The notes under the pieces: model-generated
What the model was told of the DNA's origin: nothing
Seen by the model: the letters and a program-made list of their open reading frames with translations, nothing else
Database searches by the model: none
Position numbers and translations under genes: made by a program
Shown here: positions 27,263 to 37,292 of the stretch, piece after piece
Layout: every line of letters starts with the position of its first letter
How positions within the stretch are numbered: position 1 is the first letter of the stretch
Source of the DNA: Longimicrobiales bacterium
Lineage (GTDB): Bacteria > Gemmatimonadota > Gemmatimonadetes > Longimicrobiales > Gaopeijiaceae
NCBI GenBank assembly: GCA_965116905.1
Contig: OZ220732.1
Location: forward strand, 192,001-256,000
Length of the DNA stretch: 64,000 bases
Reading direction: 5' to 3'

Positions 27263-28825
27263 ATGAGACCGACGACGAACCCCACCTCCCGCCGCGCCTT
27301 CCTCAGGGCGGGGACCGCAGCGCTGACCGGCGCGATGATCGCCCCGCAGCGCATCCTCGCCGATCCCTACGCACCGCTCACGGTGCATCCCGACCCCGCG
27401 CGGCCCGGCTCCGGGCGTGGGGCGGCCGCTCTCTCATCCCCAATCAGAGTCCAGGGCGTGGTGCGCTCGCAAGGCGTGGGGCTTCCCCGTGTGCCGGTCT
27501 CCGACGGCGTCCAGGTCGTCGACACCGCGGACGACGGCACCTTCGAACTCATCACGACGCCCGACCGGGGCTTCGTCTGGTTCACGACGCCATCGGGCTA
27601 CCGGATCCCGCTTAACGCCCCCGGCACCGCCCGCTTCTACCAGCCGCTGTCCGACGGGCGGGAGCAAACGGCCGTCTTCGAACTCGAACCCGATCCGGTG
27701 CCCCACGACAACCACACACTCCTGCTCCTCGGAGACATTCAGACGGAAGACCCCACGGAGATGGGGTGGTTCCTCTCGCAGTCGGTGCCGGACCTGCGGG
27801 AGACGGTTGCGGGACTCGGCGGCGAGCATGCCTTCGGCATTTCCTGCGGCGATATCATGTTCGACAACCTTGAACTCTACCCGGACTACGAGCGCGGGGT
27901 CGGCGAGACCGGCATCCCCTTCTTCCAGGTCGTCGGCAACCACGACCTCGACATGGACAACCTGACCGACCAGGCCTCGACCGAGACCTTCAGCCGGCAC
28001 TTCGGGCCCCGGTACTATTCGTTCGACCGTGGGGCCGTGCACTACGTGGTCCTGGACGACGTGTTCTGGCACGGCAGCGGCTACATCGGCTACCTGGGGG
28101 CCGATGCGCTCGCGTGGCTGGAGCGGGACCTTGCCCGTGTCGAGCCGGGGTCGCCCGTGATCGTGGCGACGCACATCCCCGTGCTCGGCAGCCAGCACCT
28201 GCGCCGCGGCGAGGAACGTCCGGGCACGGCGCTCGCGATCATGAACCGCCAGGCCCTCTACCGGCTGCTGGAGCCGTTCGAGGCGCATATTCTCACCGGC
28301 CACACGCACGAGTGCGAGCATGTGTTCGAGCAGGGCACGCACGAGCACGTTACCGGGGCGATCTGCGGAGCGTGGTGGAGCGGCCCGATCTGCCATGACG
28401 GCACCCCAAACGGCTATTGCGTGTACACCGTCCGCGGCGAGGAAGTCCGCTGGCGCTACAAGGCGACCGGGCATCCGGACGACCATCAGATGCGGCTCCA
28501 CCTGAGCGGCGGCGGCCCGTCGTCACCAAGCGGCCCGTCGTCAGCAGGCGAACTGGTCGCCAACATCTGGAACTGGGATCCGGAGTGGACGGTTCGGTGG
28601 TTCGCGGACGGTGAGCCCATGGGTGCGATGCCCAGGCATCCGGGCTTCGATCCCCTTAGCGCGCAACTGCACACGGGACCCGACCTGCCGCCACGGCGGA
28701 CCTGGGTGGAGCCGGTCCCGACCGATCACATCTTCCGCGCGCCGCTCACGGGTGAGGAAAGCGTTATCGTGGTCGAAGCCACCGATCGGTTCGGTGAGGC
28801 TTTCGTCGAGGAATGGCGGAGGTAG
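27263..28825 (+). CDS. Tat-exported calcineurin-like metallophosphoesterase with N- and C-terminal accessory domains
   Basis: SRRAFL Tat signal; GDIQ, CGDI, GNHD, THIP, GHTH, GAWWSG...DGTPNGY. Confidence 0.9.
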   Translation: MRPTTNPTSRRAFLRAGTAALTGAMIAPQRILADPYAPLTVHPDPARPGSGRGAAALSSPIRVQGVVRSQGVGLPRVPVSDGVQVVDTADDGTFELITTPDRGFVWFTTPSGYRIPLNAPGTARFYQPLSDGREQTAVFELEPDPVPHDNHTLLLLGDIQTEDPTEMGWFLSQSVPDLRETVAGLGGEHAFGISCGDIMFDNLELYPDYERGVGETGIPFFQVVGNHDLDMDNLTDQASTETFSRHFGPRYYSFDRGAVHYVVLDDVFWHGSGYIGYLGADALAWLERDLARVEPGSPVIVATHIPVLGSQHLRRGEERPGTALAIMNRQALYRLLEPFEAHILTGHTHECEHVFEQGTHEHVTGAICGAWWSGPICHDGTPNGYCVYTVRGEEVRWRYKATGHPDDHQMRLHLSGGGPSSPSGPSSAGELVANIWNWDPEWTVRWFADGEPMGAMPRHPGFDPLSAQLHTGPDLPPRRTWVEPVPTDHIFRAPLTGEESVIVVEATDRFGEAFVEEWRR

Positions 28826-28830
28826 TCGAG

Positions 28831-29994
28831 ATGAAGCAGATGAAGGTGGGTGGGAGAGCGACGATCCTCCCGCTGGCAGCGGTTCTCTGCGGAGGTGCGT
28901 TCGCCTGCGAGCCCGCGCCCTCGCCCGCGCCCGCCGAGCCATGGACACTGGAAGACGTCACGCCCAACACCGACGACGGCATCCGCGTCCTGATCATTCA
29001 CGACATGGAGGGACTGTCGGGCCAGGACGATCCGCGCAGCTACCGGTTCGGGACCGAGCAGTATCCGTCGGGCCAGGAGATGCTCGCCGCGGACGTCAAC
29101 GCGGTGGTGGACGGGCTCTTCGCCGGCGGCGCGACCGAAGTGGTGATCGCCGACGGGCACGGGAGCGGCAACTCCGACCCCGATCTGCGCACCGACCTGC
29201 TGGACGCGCGCGCCGTCCAGATCATCCGCGACGAGCCCTTCGACACCTACTTCGACCTCCCCGAGTCGGAGGAACTCGACGCGGTGGCCGTGGTCGGCAT
29301 GCATTCCAGGACGGGAAGCGGCGGGTTTGCCGCCCACACCTTCACCCTGGGCATCGACCTGCTGATCAACGGCCAGCCCATCACCGAGACCGAGCTCGTC
29401 GCGCTGTCCTGGGGTCGGTTCGGCGTGCCGGTCATCTTCGCATCCGGCGACGACAAGCTGCGCGGAGACCTCGCGACCATGCCCTGGATCGAATACGTGA
29501 CGGTCAAGGATGCTCCGGCGGCCGACACCGCCATCACCCGCCCCGTCGACGAGGCCCGCGCGGATCTGCGGGACGGGGCGCGGCGGGCGGTGGAGCGGCT
29601 CGCGGAAGCGAAGTCGATGCGGGCGGTGCTGCCGGTGCGGGCGTCACTGCACGCGGTGCCGCCGGCGAATCTTCGCTTTCTGGAGGGAATCCCCGGCCTG
29701 GATGGGGGCGACGGAACCGGCCCCGCGTACGCCGACGACACCTACAGCTTCACGGCCTCGGACATGCGCGAAGCCTACGACGGCCTGGTGGCGGTAGTGG
29801 GCATGGCGCGCGTCGGCTACCAGAGTCTGTTGCAGGAGGTCGTCGCCGCGAGACCGGACGCGGGCGAGATCCAGTCGGCCTTCGGCGAGGCGCTGTGGCA
29901 GCGCTGGCACGACCAGGAGTCGGGGCGATACGAGCGGCCGGGGGCGGGCGAGGCGATCGGTCAGATGATCCGGCGGTTTCACGGATACCGGTGA
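28831..29994 (+). CDS. M55 (DppA-like) D-aminopeptidase with an N-terminal export signal
   Basis: HDMEGLSG, DVNAVVDG, DGHGSG, VGMHSR, AHT, TETEL, SGDD. Confidence 0.85.
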   Translation: MKQMKVGGRATILPLAAVLCGGAFACEPAPSPAPAEPWTLEDVTPNTDDGIRVLIIHDMEGLSGQDDPRSYRFGTEQYPSGQEMLAADVNAVVDGLFAGGATEVVIADGHGSGNSDPDLRTDLLDARAVQIIRDEPFDTYFDLPESEELDAVAVVGMHSRTGSGGFAAHTFTLGIDLLINGQPITETELVALSWGRFGVPVIFASGDDKLRGDLATMPWIEYVTVKDAPAADTAITRPVDEARADLRDGARRAVERLAEAKSMRAVLPVRASLHAVPPANLRFLEGIPGLDGGDGTGPAYADDTYSFTASDMREAYDGLVAVVGMARVGYQSLLQEVVAARPDAGEIQSAFGEALWQRWHDQESGRYERPGAGEAIGQMIRRFHGYR

Positions 29995-30004
29995 GACGGA
30001 CGCC

Positions 30005-32680
30005 ATGACCCTGCCTTCAGTACTTCTCTTCGCCGCCGCGACGGGCATGCAATCTCCCCAGCAGGTCGGCATGGCGACCGACTCCATCCTCACGCACACC
30101 GACGGCGTGGTGCCGCCGACCGTTACCGCCGTGCGGGCCGATCCGGCCCCCGTCCTCGACGGCATCCTCGACGACCCGGTCTGGCAAAGGGCCATCCCCG
30201 TCACGGGATTCCGCCGCGATCGGCCCGGCGACGGCCTCCCCGCGGCCGAGAGGACCGAGGTGCGGGTCGCCTACACCGACGACGCGCTCTACGTCGGGGC
30301 GCGCATGTTCGACCGCGACCCGTCCCGGATATCCCTGCTCCGCGGCCGGCGCGATTCGTTCATGCAGCCCAACGACCAGTTCCTGATCCAGCTCGACTCC
30401 TACCACGATCACCGCACCACCTTCGTCTTCGGGGTGACCCCGGCGGGCGGACGCAACGACCTGGTCGCGCCCAACGACGGATTCCAGGGGATGGACGCGG
30501 GCTGGGATCCGGTGTGGGACGCCGCGACCCGCGTGGACTCGCTGGGCTGGGTGGCCGAGATGCGCATCCCCTTCTCGCAACTCCGCTTCCGGGAGGGCGA
30601 CCGCCAGGTCTGGGGCGTCAACTTCCGCCGCGACATCCTGCACGCGGGCGAGGCGGTGGACTGGGCGTGGAGACCGTCCACGGAGAGCGGCCTCGCTTCG
30701 TCGTTCGGACACCTGCTGGGACTGGAAGACGTGCGCAGGCCGTCGCGCCTGGAAGTCCTTCCCTATGCGGTCACGCGCGCGAGCTTCGACCAGCGCGCGG
30801 ACCCGGCGAGTCCCTTCGACGATGGCTCGGTCTACGGAGGCGCGGTCGGGCTCGACCTGAAGTACGGGCTCACCGGAGGACTGACGCTCGACGCCACCGT
30901 GAACCCCGACTTCGGGCAGGTGGAGGCGGACCCGGCCGTGGTGAATCTGACCGCCTTCGAGACCTTCTTCGAGGAGCGCCGGCCGTTCTTCGTCGAGGGC
31001 GCGGGTCTCTTCGGCTTCGGCGGGCTCGAGGGCTTGCGCTTCTTCTATTCGCGTCGGGTCGGTCAGCGTCCGGCGATCCGGGCCGGCGGCGGCCGGGGTT
31101 CCTTCGTCGACCAGCCGACCCAGTCGACCATCCTCGGCGCAGCCAAGATTTCGGGCCGGACCGACTCGGGGTGGGTCGTCGCCTTCATGAACGCCACCAC
31201 GCAGCGCGAAAACGCCCGCGTCGCCGAGGGTGCCGGCGCGCCGGTCACCGAGGTCCCGGTGGACCCGCTGTCGAACATCACGGCGCTGCGTGTCCGCCGC
31301 GACATGCGGGACGGCGACAGCTACATCGGCATGATCGCGACCGGCGTGGACCGAGACCTGAACCACGGCATCTTCGTCGTGTCCCTGCGCGACCGCGCCT
31401 TCACCGGTGGCGTGGACTTTCTCCATCGCTTCGCGAACCGCACCTACGCGCTGCAGGGCTGGGTGGGCGGCTCGCACGTCAGCGGCAGCCCGCACGCGAT
31501 GCAGCGGGCGCAACGGTCGTCCGTGCGCTACTACCAGCGGCCCAACCAGGACTACGTGACCTTCGACCCCGACCGGACGTCGCTCGGCGGCTACGCGGGT
31601 GAACTGGCGATGCGCAAGATCGCGGGCGAGTGGCTCTACGGCTTCGAGGCGAGCATGATCTCACCCGGCTTCGAGATGAACGACGCCGGCTTCCAGACGA
31701 TCGCGGACATCTACGCGCTCACCGTCGGCGGCACGCGGCGCTGGGTGGAGCCCGGCCGCTACTTCAGGTCCGCCAGCCTGACCCTGGGCGGGTCCGAACG
31801 CCGGAACTTCGGCAACCTGGTCTCTCAGCGCGAACTCTCGTTGCGCGGCAACGGCCAGACGGTGGGCTTCCACTCCCTTCGCGGCTCGCTGCGCTACGAA
31901 GTGGAGACCCTGGACCACCGCGCAACGCGAGGCGGTCCCGCAATAGTCACTCCCGCGAACTGGGGCGGCAACCTCTGGTTCAACACCGACGGACGAAAGC
32001 GTGTATCGGGAGGCCTCTCCGTCAACTTCTCGGGTGATGCCGAGGGTTCCTACTCGATCGCGGGCGGCCCCACCCTCTTCGGCCGCGGCGAGGGCCTGTT
32101 CAGCTGGAGCATCCGGCCCACCCTGAGGAAGAGCAGGAGCGCCGCCTTCTACGTCACGCAGGGCGACGACCCGGCCGCGCACGCGACCTTCGGCCGCCGC
32201 TACATCTTCGCCGAACTGGAGCAGCACTCGCTCGACGTGACGATCCGCATGGACCTCGCGCTCACTCCGCGCATGACGCTGCAGGTCTACGGCCAGCCTT
32301 TCATCGCGACCGGCGACTACGAGAACTTCATGGCGCTCCGCGAACCCCGGACCTACGACTTCCTGCGCTATGGCCAGGGCGCCGCCACGATCGGGTACTC
32401 ACTGGGCAGCGACGCCTACACCGTCATCGCGGACGACACCGGGTCCGCCGCACCGATCCGCTTCGGCAACCCCGACTTCCGCACGCGTTCCTTCCGGAGC
32501 AACGTGGTGCTGCGCTGGGAATACCTTCCGGGCTCCACCCTCTTCCTGGTGTGGAGCCAGGATCGGCGCGACTGGTTCCGCGACCCGGACTTCGACGGCG
32601 TGGGCAGCCTGCGGGGCCTCTTCTCGGACCCCATGCGCAACGTCTTCCTGATCAAGGCGAGCTACTGGCTGGACTTCTGA
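30005..32680 (+). CDS. CBM9-like / DUF5916 outer-membrane protein
   Basis: PVLDGILDDPVW, WVAEMRIPFSQLRF, LDATVNPDFGQVEADPAVVNL, FFEERRPFF, VLRWEYLPGSTLFLVW, C-terminal YWLDF. Confidence 0.85.
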   Translation: MTLPSVLLFAAATGMQSPQQVGMATDSILTHTDGVVPPTVTAVRADPAPVLDGILDDPVWQRAIPVTGFRRDRPGDGLPAAERTEVRVAYTDDALYVGARMFDRDPSRISLLRGRRDSFMQPNDQFLIQLDSYHDHRTTFVFGVTPAGGRNDLVAPNDGFQGMDAGWDPVWDAATRVDSLGWVAEMRIPFSQLRFREGDRQVWGVNFRRDILHAGEAVDWAWRPSTESGLASSFGHLLGLEDVRRPSRLEVLPYAVTRASFDQRADPASPFDDGSVYGGAVGLDLKYGLTGGLTLDATVNPDFGQVEADPAVVNLTAFETFFEERRPFFVEGAGLFGFGGLEGLRFFYSRRVGQRPAIRAGGGRGSFVDQPTQSTILGAAKISGRTDSGWVVAFMNATTQRENARVAEGAGAPVTEVPVDPLSNITALRVRRDMRDGDSYIGMIATGVDRDLNHGIFVVSLRDRAFTGGVDFLHRFANRTYALQGWVGGSHVSGSPHAMQRAQRSSVRYYQRPNQDYVTFDPDRTSLGGYAGELAMRKIAGEWLYGFEASMISPGFEMNDAGFQTIADIYALTVGGTRRWVEPGRYFRSASLTLGGSERRNFGNLVSQRELSLRGNGQTVGFHSLRGSLRYEVETLDHRATRGGPAIVTPANWGGNLWFNTDGRKRVSGGLSVNFSGDAEGSYSIAGGPTLFGRGEGLFSWSIRPTLRKSRSAAFYVTQGDDPAAHATFGRRYIFAELEQHSLDVTIRMDLALTPRMTLQVYGQPFIATGDYENFMALREPRTYDFLRYGQGAATIGYSLGSDAYTVIADDTGSAAPIRFGNPDFRTRSFRSNVVLRWEYLPGSTLFLVWSQDRRDWFRDPDFDGVGSLRGLFSDPMRNVFLIKASYWLDF

Positions 32681-32702
32681 GCGGCGATCGGTGCGCGGCC
32701 GG

Positions 32703-33911
32703 TCAGCGGATGTCCGGCGGCAGCCTCTTCACCACGATGACCGGGACATCGAATTCGTCCTTTTCGAGGAAGACCACCAAGCCGTCAGGGCCGAATTCGT
32801 CGGGCATCCGCATTCGCTGGTCGATGGTTCCCAGATAGCGGCCGGTTGGCGTGAGCACGTCGATCGGTCCGCGGTCCACCTCCGGTTCCTCTCCGCGGCG
32901 CTGGACCCAGAGATTGCCTTCCCAGGTGGTGCGTAACGCATGGAGCACCGGCACCTCCGGGAAGAACTGCATGTCCTCGATCGCTCTCGCATGCGCCGCA
33001 CGGAATACTCCGGCCAGTGCAACCATATCCGGGGGCACCCTGCCACTCGGGTCCCGCGCCAAGCCCAGTTTCGCCAATTCGCGGTCCTTTTCCACCTGTC
33101 TGGCGCGGTCGGTGGCCGGCTCGGGATCGATCGGGCGGCGCAGAACCCGAAGCACCTCGCCGGACGGCGCGGTGACCTTGATCGCGTAGGCAGAGGAGTC
33201 CGAAAACGCGACCCCGCCCGCAGCGAGCCCGTCGAAAACGAGAGGTGGCTCAAATCCCCACACCGTGCCGCTCATCACATCGGCCGCACTCCCGGAAATC
33301 ACTTCTTCGGTCCCTGGCGGCGCCCATGCTTCCACGAACGTGTCGATCCGCGCCTCATCCGACGACAGATCGGTCCGCACGATCTTGCGTATGCCATCCG
33401 AGAGGATCGCAGCGCCATCGCGGGCCGGGCGCGCACCAAAGCTCGCGGCCCGCACAAACGCCCCGATACCCGAGATGTTCGATGGGTCGACCTTCACGCT
33501 CACCGTTCGTTCGAACACGCCGTCGGCGCCGAAGATCTGAAAGACAAAGGAGTCGGTGACGACGATTCGCCCGCTCGGCAAGACATCCAGCTGCTCTGGT
33601 CTTCGGAACTCGCCGGGGCCCTCGCCGGGGCGACCGATCTCGCCCAGGAGGTTGCCGCCAGGGTCGACCACGACAACGCGAGCAGGCGCGTCCAGGAAAT
33701 ACAGATTCCCGGCCTCGTCGAAGCCCGCGGCCGGCACCGTCCCCAAGACCTGCCATTCGGCGACAGCATCGACCGACCCGATGCGGTAGACCTCGACGAG
33801 TTCCGCGGCCAGGCGTCGATCCTCGCCTGGAAGTTCGACTGTTTCCTGGGCGCGGCCGTCCCCCGCGATCAAGAGTGCCGCGAGGCATCCGGGAAGGAGT
33901 GTCCGGTTCAT
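32703..33911 (-). CDS. Exported six-bladed beta-propeller (NHL-like) protein
   Basis: Signal peptide; IGRPGEGPGEF; DVLTPTGRYLG; DEFDVPVIVV. Confidence 0.8.
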   Translation of the reverse strand: MNRTLLPGCLAALLIAGDGRAQETVELPGEDRRLAAELVEVYRIGSVDAVAEWQVLGTVPAAGFDEAGNLYFLDAPARVVVVDPGGNLLGEIGRPGEGPGEFRRPEQLDVLPSGRIVVTDSFVFQIFGADGVFERTVSVKVDPSNISGIGAFVRAASFGARPARDGAAILSDGIRKIVRTDLSSDEARIDTFVEAWAPPGTEEVISGSAADVMSGTVWGFEPPLVFDGLAAGGVAFSDSSAYAIKVTAPSGEVLRVLRRPIDPEPATDRARQVEKDRELAKLGLARDPSGRVPPDMVALAGVFRAAHARAIEDMQFFPEVPVLHALRTTWEGNLWVQRRGEEPEVDRGPIDVLTPTGRYLGTIDQRMRMPDEFGPDGLVVFLEKDEFDVPVIVVKRLPPDIR

Positions 33912-34150
33912 TCGAGAGTGGAGGTGTACCAGAAGGATTGGCCGTCGCCCAGCCACCGCGCACCGACCACTCCCCCTTTCACAAGTGACGGGTAAGCCAT
34001 AAGTTGCCGGAAGCGGGCGAACCGGTCCTCCGGGATTTCCTGGGCGGCGGTCCCACCGCCCCCGCCCGCCACCATGATCAGGGCCAGCAGTGGGAGGCTG
34101 AACGGTGAGAGGGTACACCGAGCGTTCGAGCGGGGCTGGGGCCTGATCAT
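33908..34150 (-). pseudogene. 5' fragment of an exported DPP IV/S9-type peptidase gene
   Basis: Signal peptide plus LVKGGVVGARWLGDGQSFWY, resembling DPP IV N-termini; ends after 80 aa at an ATGA junction with the beta-propeller gene. Confidence 0.55.
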
Positions 34151-34282
34151 GTCGGAAGACTACGCGGCAGCAGCAAAATCGGCCACCCCTTTTGCCCCTG
34201 TCTGTATGCAAATCGGTACGCAGATCGCCGCGACACGGGACACGTCCCCCACGTTGTACGCAGTCAGCAAAGGAGGAGCCTC

Positions 34283-37270
34283 ATGAGATTGCGCTACGGC
34301 ATCCTGGCGGGCCTGATCACGCTTCTGGGCACGGGAGAAGCCCTCGCCCAGACGCGTGTCCTCACGGGCACCGTCACCGACGCCACCACCGGACAGCCCA
34401 TTTCGGGCGCGGCCGTCGCCGTCACGGGAACGACCCTCGGCACCTTCACGGCAGAGGACGGCAACTTCGCCGTCTCCGTGGGGGCGGGCGAGGTCCTTCT
34501 CGACATCAGCATGCTGGGATACCAGCCGGCATCGGTCACCGTACCCGAGGGCACGAACAACATCAGCGTCACCCTCAGGGTCGACGTCCTCAACCTCGAC
34601 GAGATCGTGGTGACGGGACAGGCGACCGGAATCTCCAGGAGGAACCTCGCCAACGCGGTCTCGACGGTGAACGCGCGGGACCTTGAGCGGGTGCCCACGT
34701 GGTCCGTTGAGCAGGCGCTCCGGGGCAAGGTCGCCGGGGCGAACATCCAGTCGAACTCGGGAGCCCCGGGCGGAGGCATGCAGCTTCAGCTCCGGGGTGT
34801 ATCGACGATCCTGGGCGCACATAGACCGCTCTATGTGGTGGACGGGGTGATCGTCAGCGACCAGACAATTCCGTCGGGTGTGCACACCGTTACCGTCTCC
34901 TCTTCAAACCCTGTTCGTGGAGGCTCGCAGGACAACTCCGCAAACCGAATCGCCGACCTGAATCCCTACGACATCGAGAGCATCGAGATCCTCAAGGGGG
35001 CCTCGGCCGCCGCGATCTACGGATCGAAGGCGAACAACGGCGTGGTCATCATCCGCACCAAGCGGGGCCGGGTCGGCGCGCCGCAGTTCAACGTCACCCA
35101 GCGCTTCGGCGTCTTCCAGCTCGCCAACAAGCTCGGTCTGCGCGAGTTCACCTCGATGGACGAGGCGGTGGAGTTCTTCGGACCCCAGGCGAGGGATCAC
35201 TGGCAAGCCGGCAAGTTCTTCGACCACGAGGAGCTGCTGGCGGGCAACGAACCCCTCTCCTACGAGACTCAGGCGAGCGTGAGCGGCGGCACGGAGGACA
35301 CGCGCTACTACGCCTCGGGACTGGTGAAGCACGATGGCGGCATCATCGACAACACCTTCTACAACAAGGAGTCGCTGAAGCTCAACATCGACCAGACGCT
35401 GGGCGACCGAGTTTCCTTCAGCCTGAACACGAACGCGATTCACACCCTGGCGGGCCGCGGCATCACCAACAACGACAACCGGAGCATCAGCTACTACATG
35501 ACGCTCCCGTCCACGCCCAGCTTCGTGGATCTGCGGGCCGTCTGCGCCGACGGAAGCCGCCAGGCCGACATCGACAACTGTCCGAGCGGCACGGGCACCT
35601 ACCCCAGGAACCCGTTCGCCGGATCGAACATTCTGGAGACGGCATCGCTCGTGCGGAACGACGAGGAAGTGTGGCGCTTCGTCGGGTCCGGCAACCTCAC
35701 CTTCGACGCCATCACTTCGTCCACTCACAATCTGCGGCTGAGCGCCACCGGCGGAATCGACTTCTACAACCAGAAGAACGAGCTGTTCTCGCCGCCCGAA
35801 TCCCAGTTCGAGCCAAGCGACGGGCTTCCCGGCACGTCGGTGCTCGGGTCGGCCTACAGCCAGTACATGAACGCCAACCTGAACGCCGTCTACACCTTCA
35901 ACTCCGACGCATACCAGTCGACGACGTCCTTCGGTACCCAGTACGAGATCCGCGACCTCGACGTGAGCAGCACGATCGCGAAGAACCTCATCGGGGGCCT
36001 GCAGAACATCGACCGGGGCACTGCGACCGAGGTCAGGCAGGACCGGGAACGGATCCTCGACTTCGGCATCTTCGCTCAGGAAGAGTTGCTGATGATGGAC
36101 GAGCGGCTGCTCCTGACCGCGGGAGCGCGCGCCGACCGGAGTTCCAACAACTCCGACACCGAATCGTTCCACTTCTATCCGAAGTTCGCCGCCTCCTACC
36201 GCTTCCCCGTAGGTAGCAACCTCCTGGAAGAGGTCAAATTCCGGGGCGCCTGGGGCCAGTCGGGCAACCAGCCGGTCTACGGGCAGAAGTTCACCGAGTA
36301 CGAGGGCAGGAACATCGGGGGACTGCCAGCCCTGCGCGTACAGGGCGCCACGGCGGCGCTGGACCTGCGTCCCGAGCGCCAGACCGAGATCGAGGGCGGG
36401 GTCGACGCGACGCTCTTCGAAGACCGCGCGACGCTCGAACTGACCTACTTCAACAAGACCGTCAAGGACGTGATCCTCGAGCGCTCGCTCGCCCCGTCGA
36501 CCGGTTTCGTGGAATCCATCTTCAACGGCGGCGAGATCAATATCTGGGGTATCGAGACCGCGCTGACGGTGGTGCCGTTCTACACCAGCAACCTGCAGTG
36601 GACTTCGCGCACCACCTTCACCATGGATCGCAGCCAGGTGATCTCGCTCCCGGTGCCGCGCTTCCGGATCCAGGGATTCGGGTACTTCTACGGCACCACC
36701 GTGGCCGAAGAGGGCAGGTCACTGACGCTGCTCTGGGGCAACGGCCCCGACCCCGAAACGGGCGAGGTCGGCGTAGGCCCGCTGGCGGAATCCAACGCGG
36801 ACTTCCGCATGGGCTTCTCGAACGACATCAGCTTCGGACGGTTCAACGTCTACTCGACGCTGGATTGGCAGAAGGGCGGGACGGCCAACAATCTGACCCA
36901 GTTCCTCTTCGACCTCACCCGGAACACCGAAGACTGCAACAACATGGTGAACGGCGAGAGCGTCTGCGTGAAGCGCAACCGGGAGTTCCCCCAGAATACC
37001 GGGACCTACTTCCAGGACGCATCCTTCGTGAAACTGCGCGAACTGACCGTCAGCTACGACATGCCCGACGACATGGTCGCGAACATCTGGAGCGCGGCCC
37101 GGCACATTCGACTCAACCTGAGCAGCCGCAACCTGCTGACCTTCACCGACTACGCCGGCCTGGATCCCGAAGTCAGCAACTTCGGCAGCGAAGCGGTCGG
37201 CCGTGGCCAGGACGTGGCACCCTACCCGCCGAGCCGGAGCTTCTGGTTCTCGGTGGATGTGGGCTTCTAA
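34283..37270 (+). CDS. SusC/RagA TonB-dependent transporter
   Basis: N-terminal extension; LNLDEIVVTG; DIESIEILKGASAAAIYGSKANNGVVII; DASFVKLREL; C-terminal F. Confidence 0.95.
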   Translation: MRLRYGILAGLITLLGTGEALAQTRVLTGTVTDATTGQPISGAAVAVTGTTLGTFTAEDGNFAVSVGAGEVLLDISMLGYQPASVTVPEGTNNISVTLRVDVLNLDEIVVTGQATGISRRNLANAVSTVNARDLERVPTWSVEQALRGKVAGANIQSNSGAPGGGMQLQLRGVSTILGAHRPLYVVDGVIVSDQTIPSGVHTVTVSSSNPVRGGSQDNSANRIADLNPYDIESIEILKGASAAAIYGSKANNGVVIIRTKRGRVGAPQFNVTQRFGVFQLANKLGLREFTSMDEAVEFFGPQARDHWQAGKFFDHEELLAGNEPLSYETQASVSGGTEDTRYYASGLVKHDGGIIDNTFYNKESLKLNIDQTLGDRVSFSLNTNAIHTLAGRGITNNDNRSISYYMTLPSTPSFVDLRAVCADGSRQADIDNCPSGTGTYPRNPFAGSNILETASLVRNDEEVWRFVGSGNLTFDAITSSTHNLRLSATGGIDFYNQKNELFSPPESQFEPSDGLPGTSVLGSAYSQYMNANLNAVYTFNSDAYQSTTSFGTQYEIRDLDVSSTIAKNLIGGLQNIDRGTATEVRQDRERILDFGIFAQEELLMMDERLLLTAGARADRSSNNSDTESFHFYPKFAASYRFPVGSNLLEEVKFRGAWGQSGNQPVYGQKFTEYEGRNIGGLPALRVQGATAALDLRPERQTEIEGGVDATLFEDRATLELTYFNKTVKDVILERSLAPSTGFVESIFNGGEINIWGIETALTVVPFYTSNLQWTSRTTFTMDRSQVISLPVPRFRIQGFGYFYGTTVAEEGRSLTLLWGNGPDPETGEVGVGPLAESNADFRMGFSNDISFGRFNVYSTLDWQKGGTANNLTQFLFDLTRNTEDCNNMVNGESVCVKRNREFPQNTGTYFQDASFVKLRELTVSYDMPDDMVANIWSAARHIRLNLSSRNLLTFTDYAGLDPEVSNFGSEAVGRGQDVAPYPPSRSFWFSVDVGF

Positions 37271-37292
37271 CGTGAACGGGAGAATGAGACCA

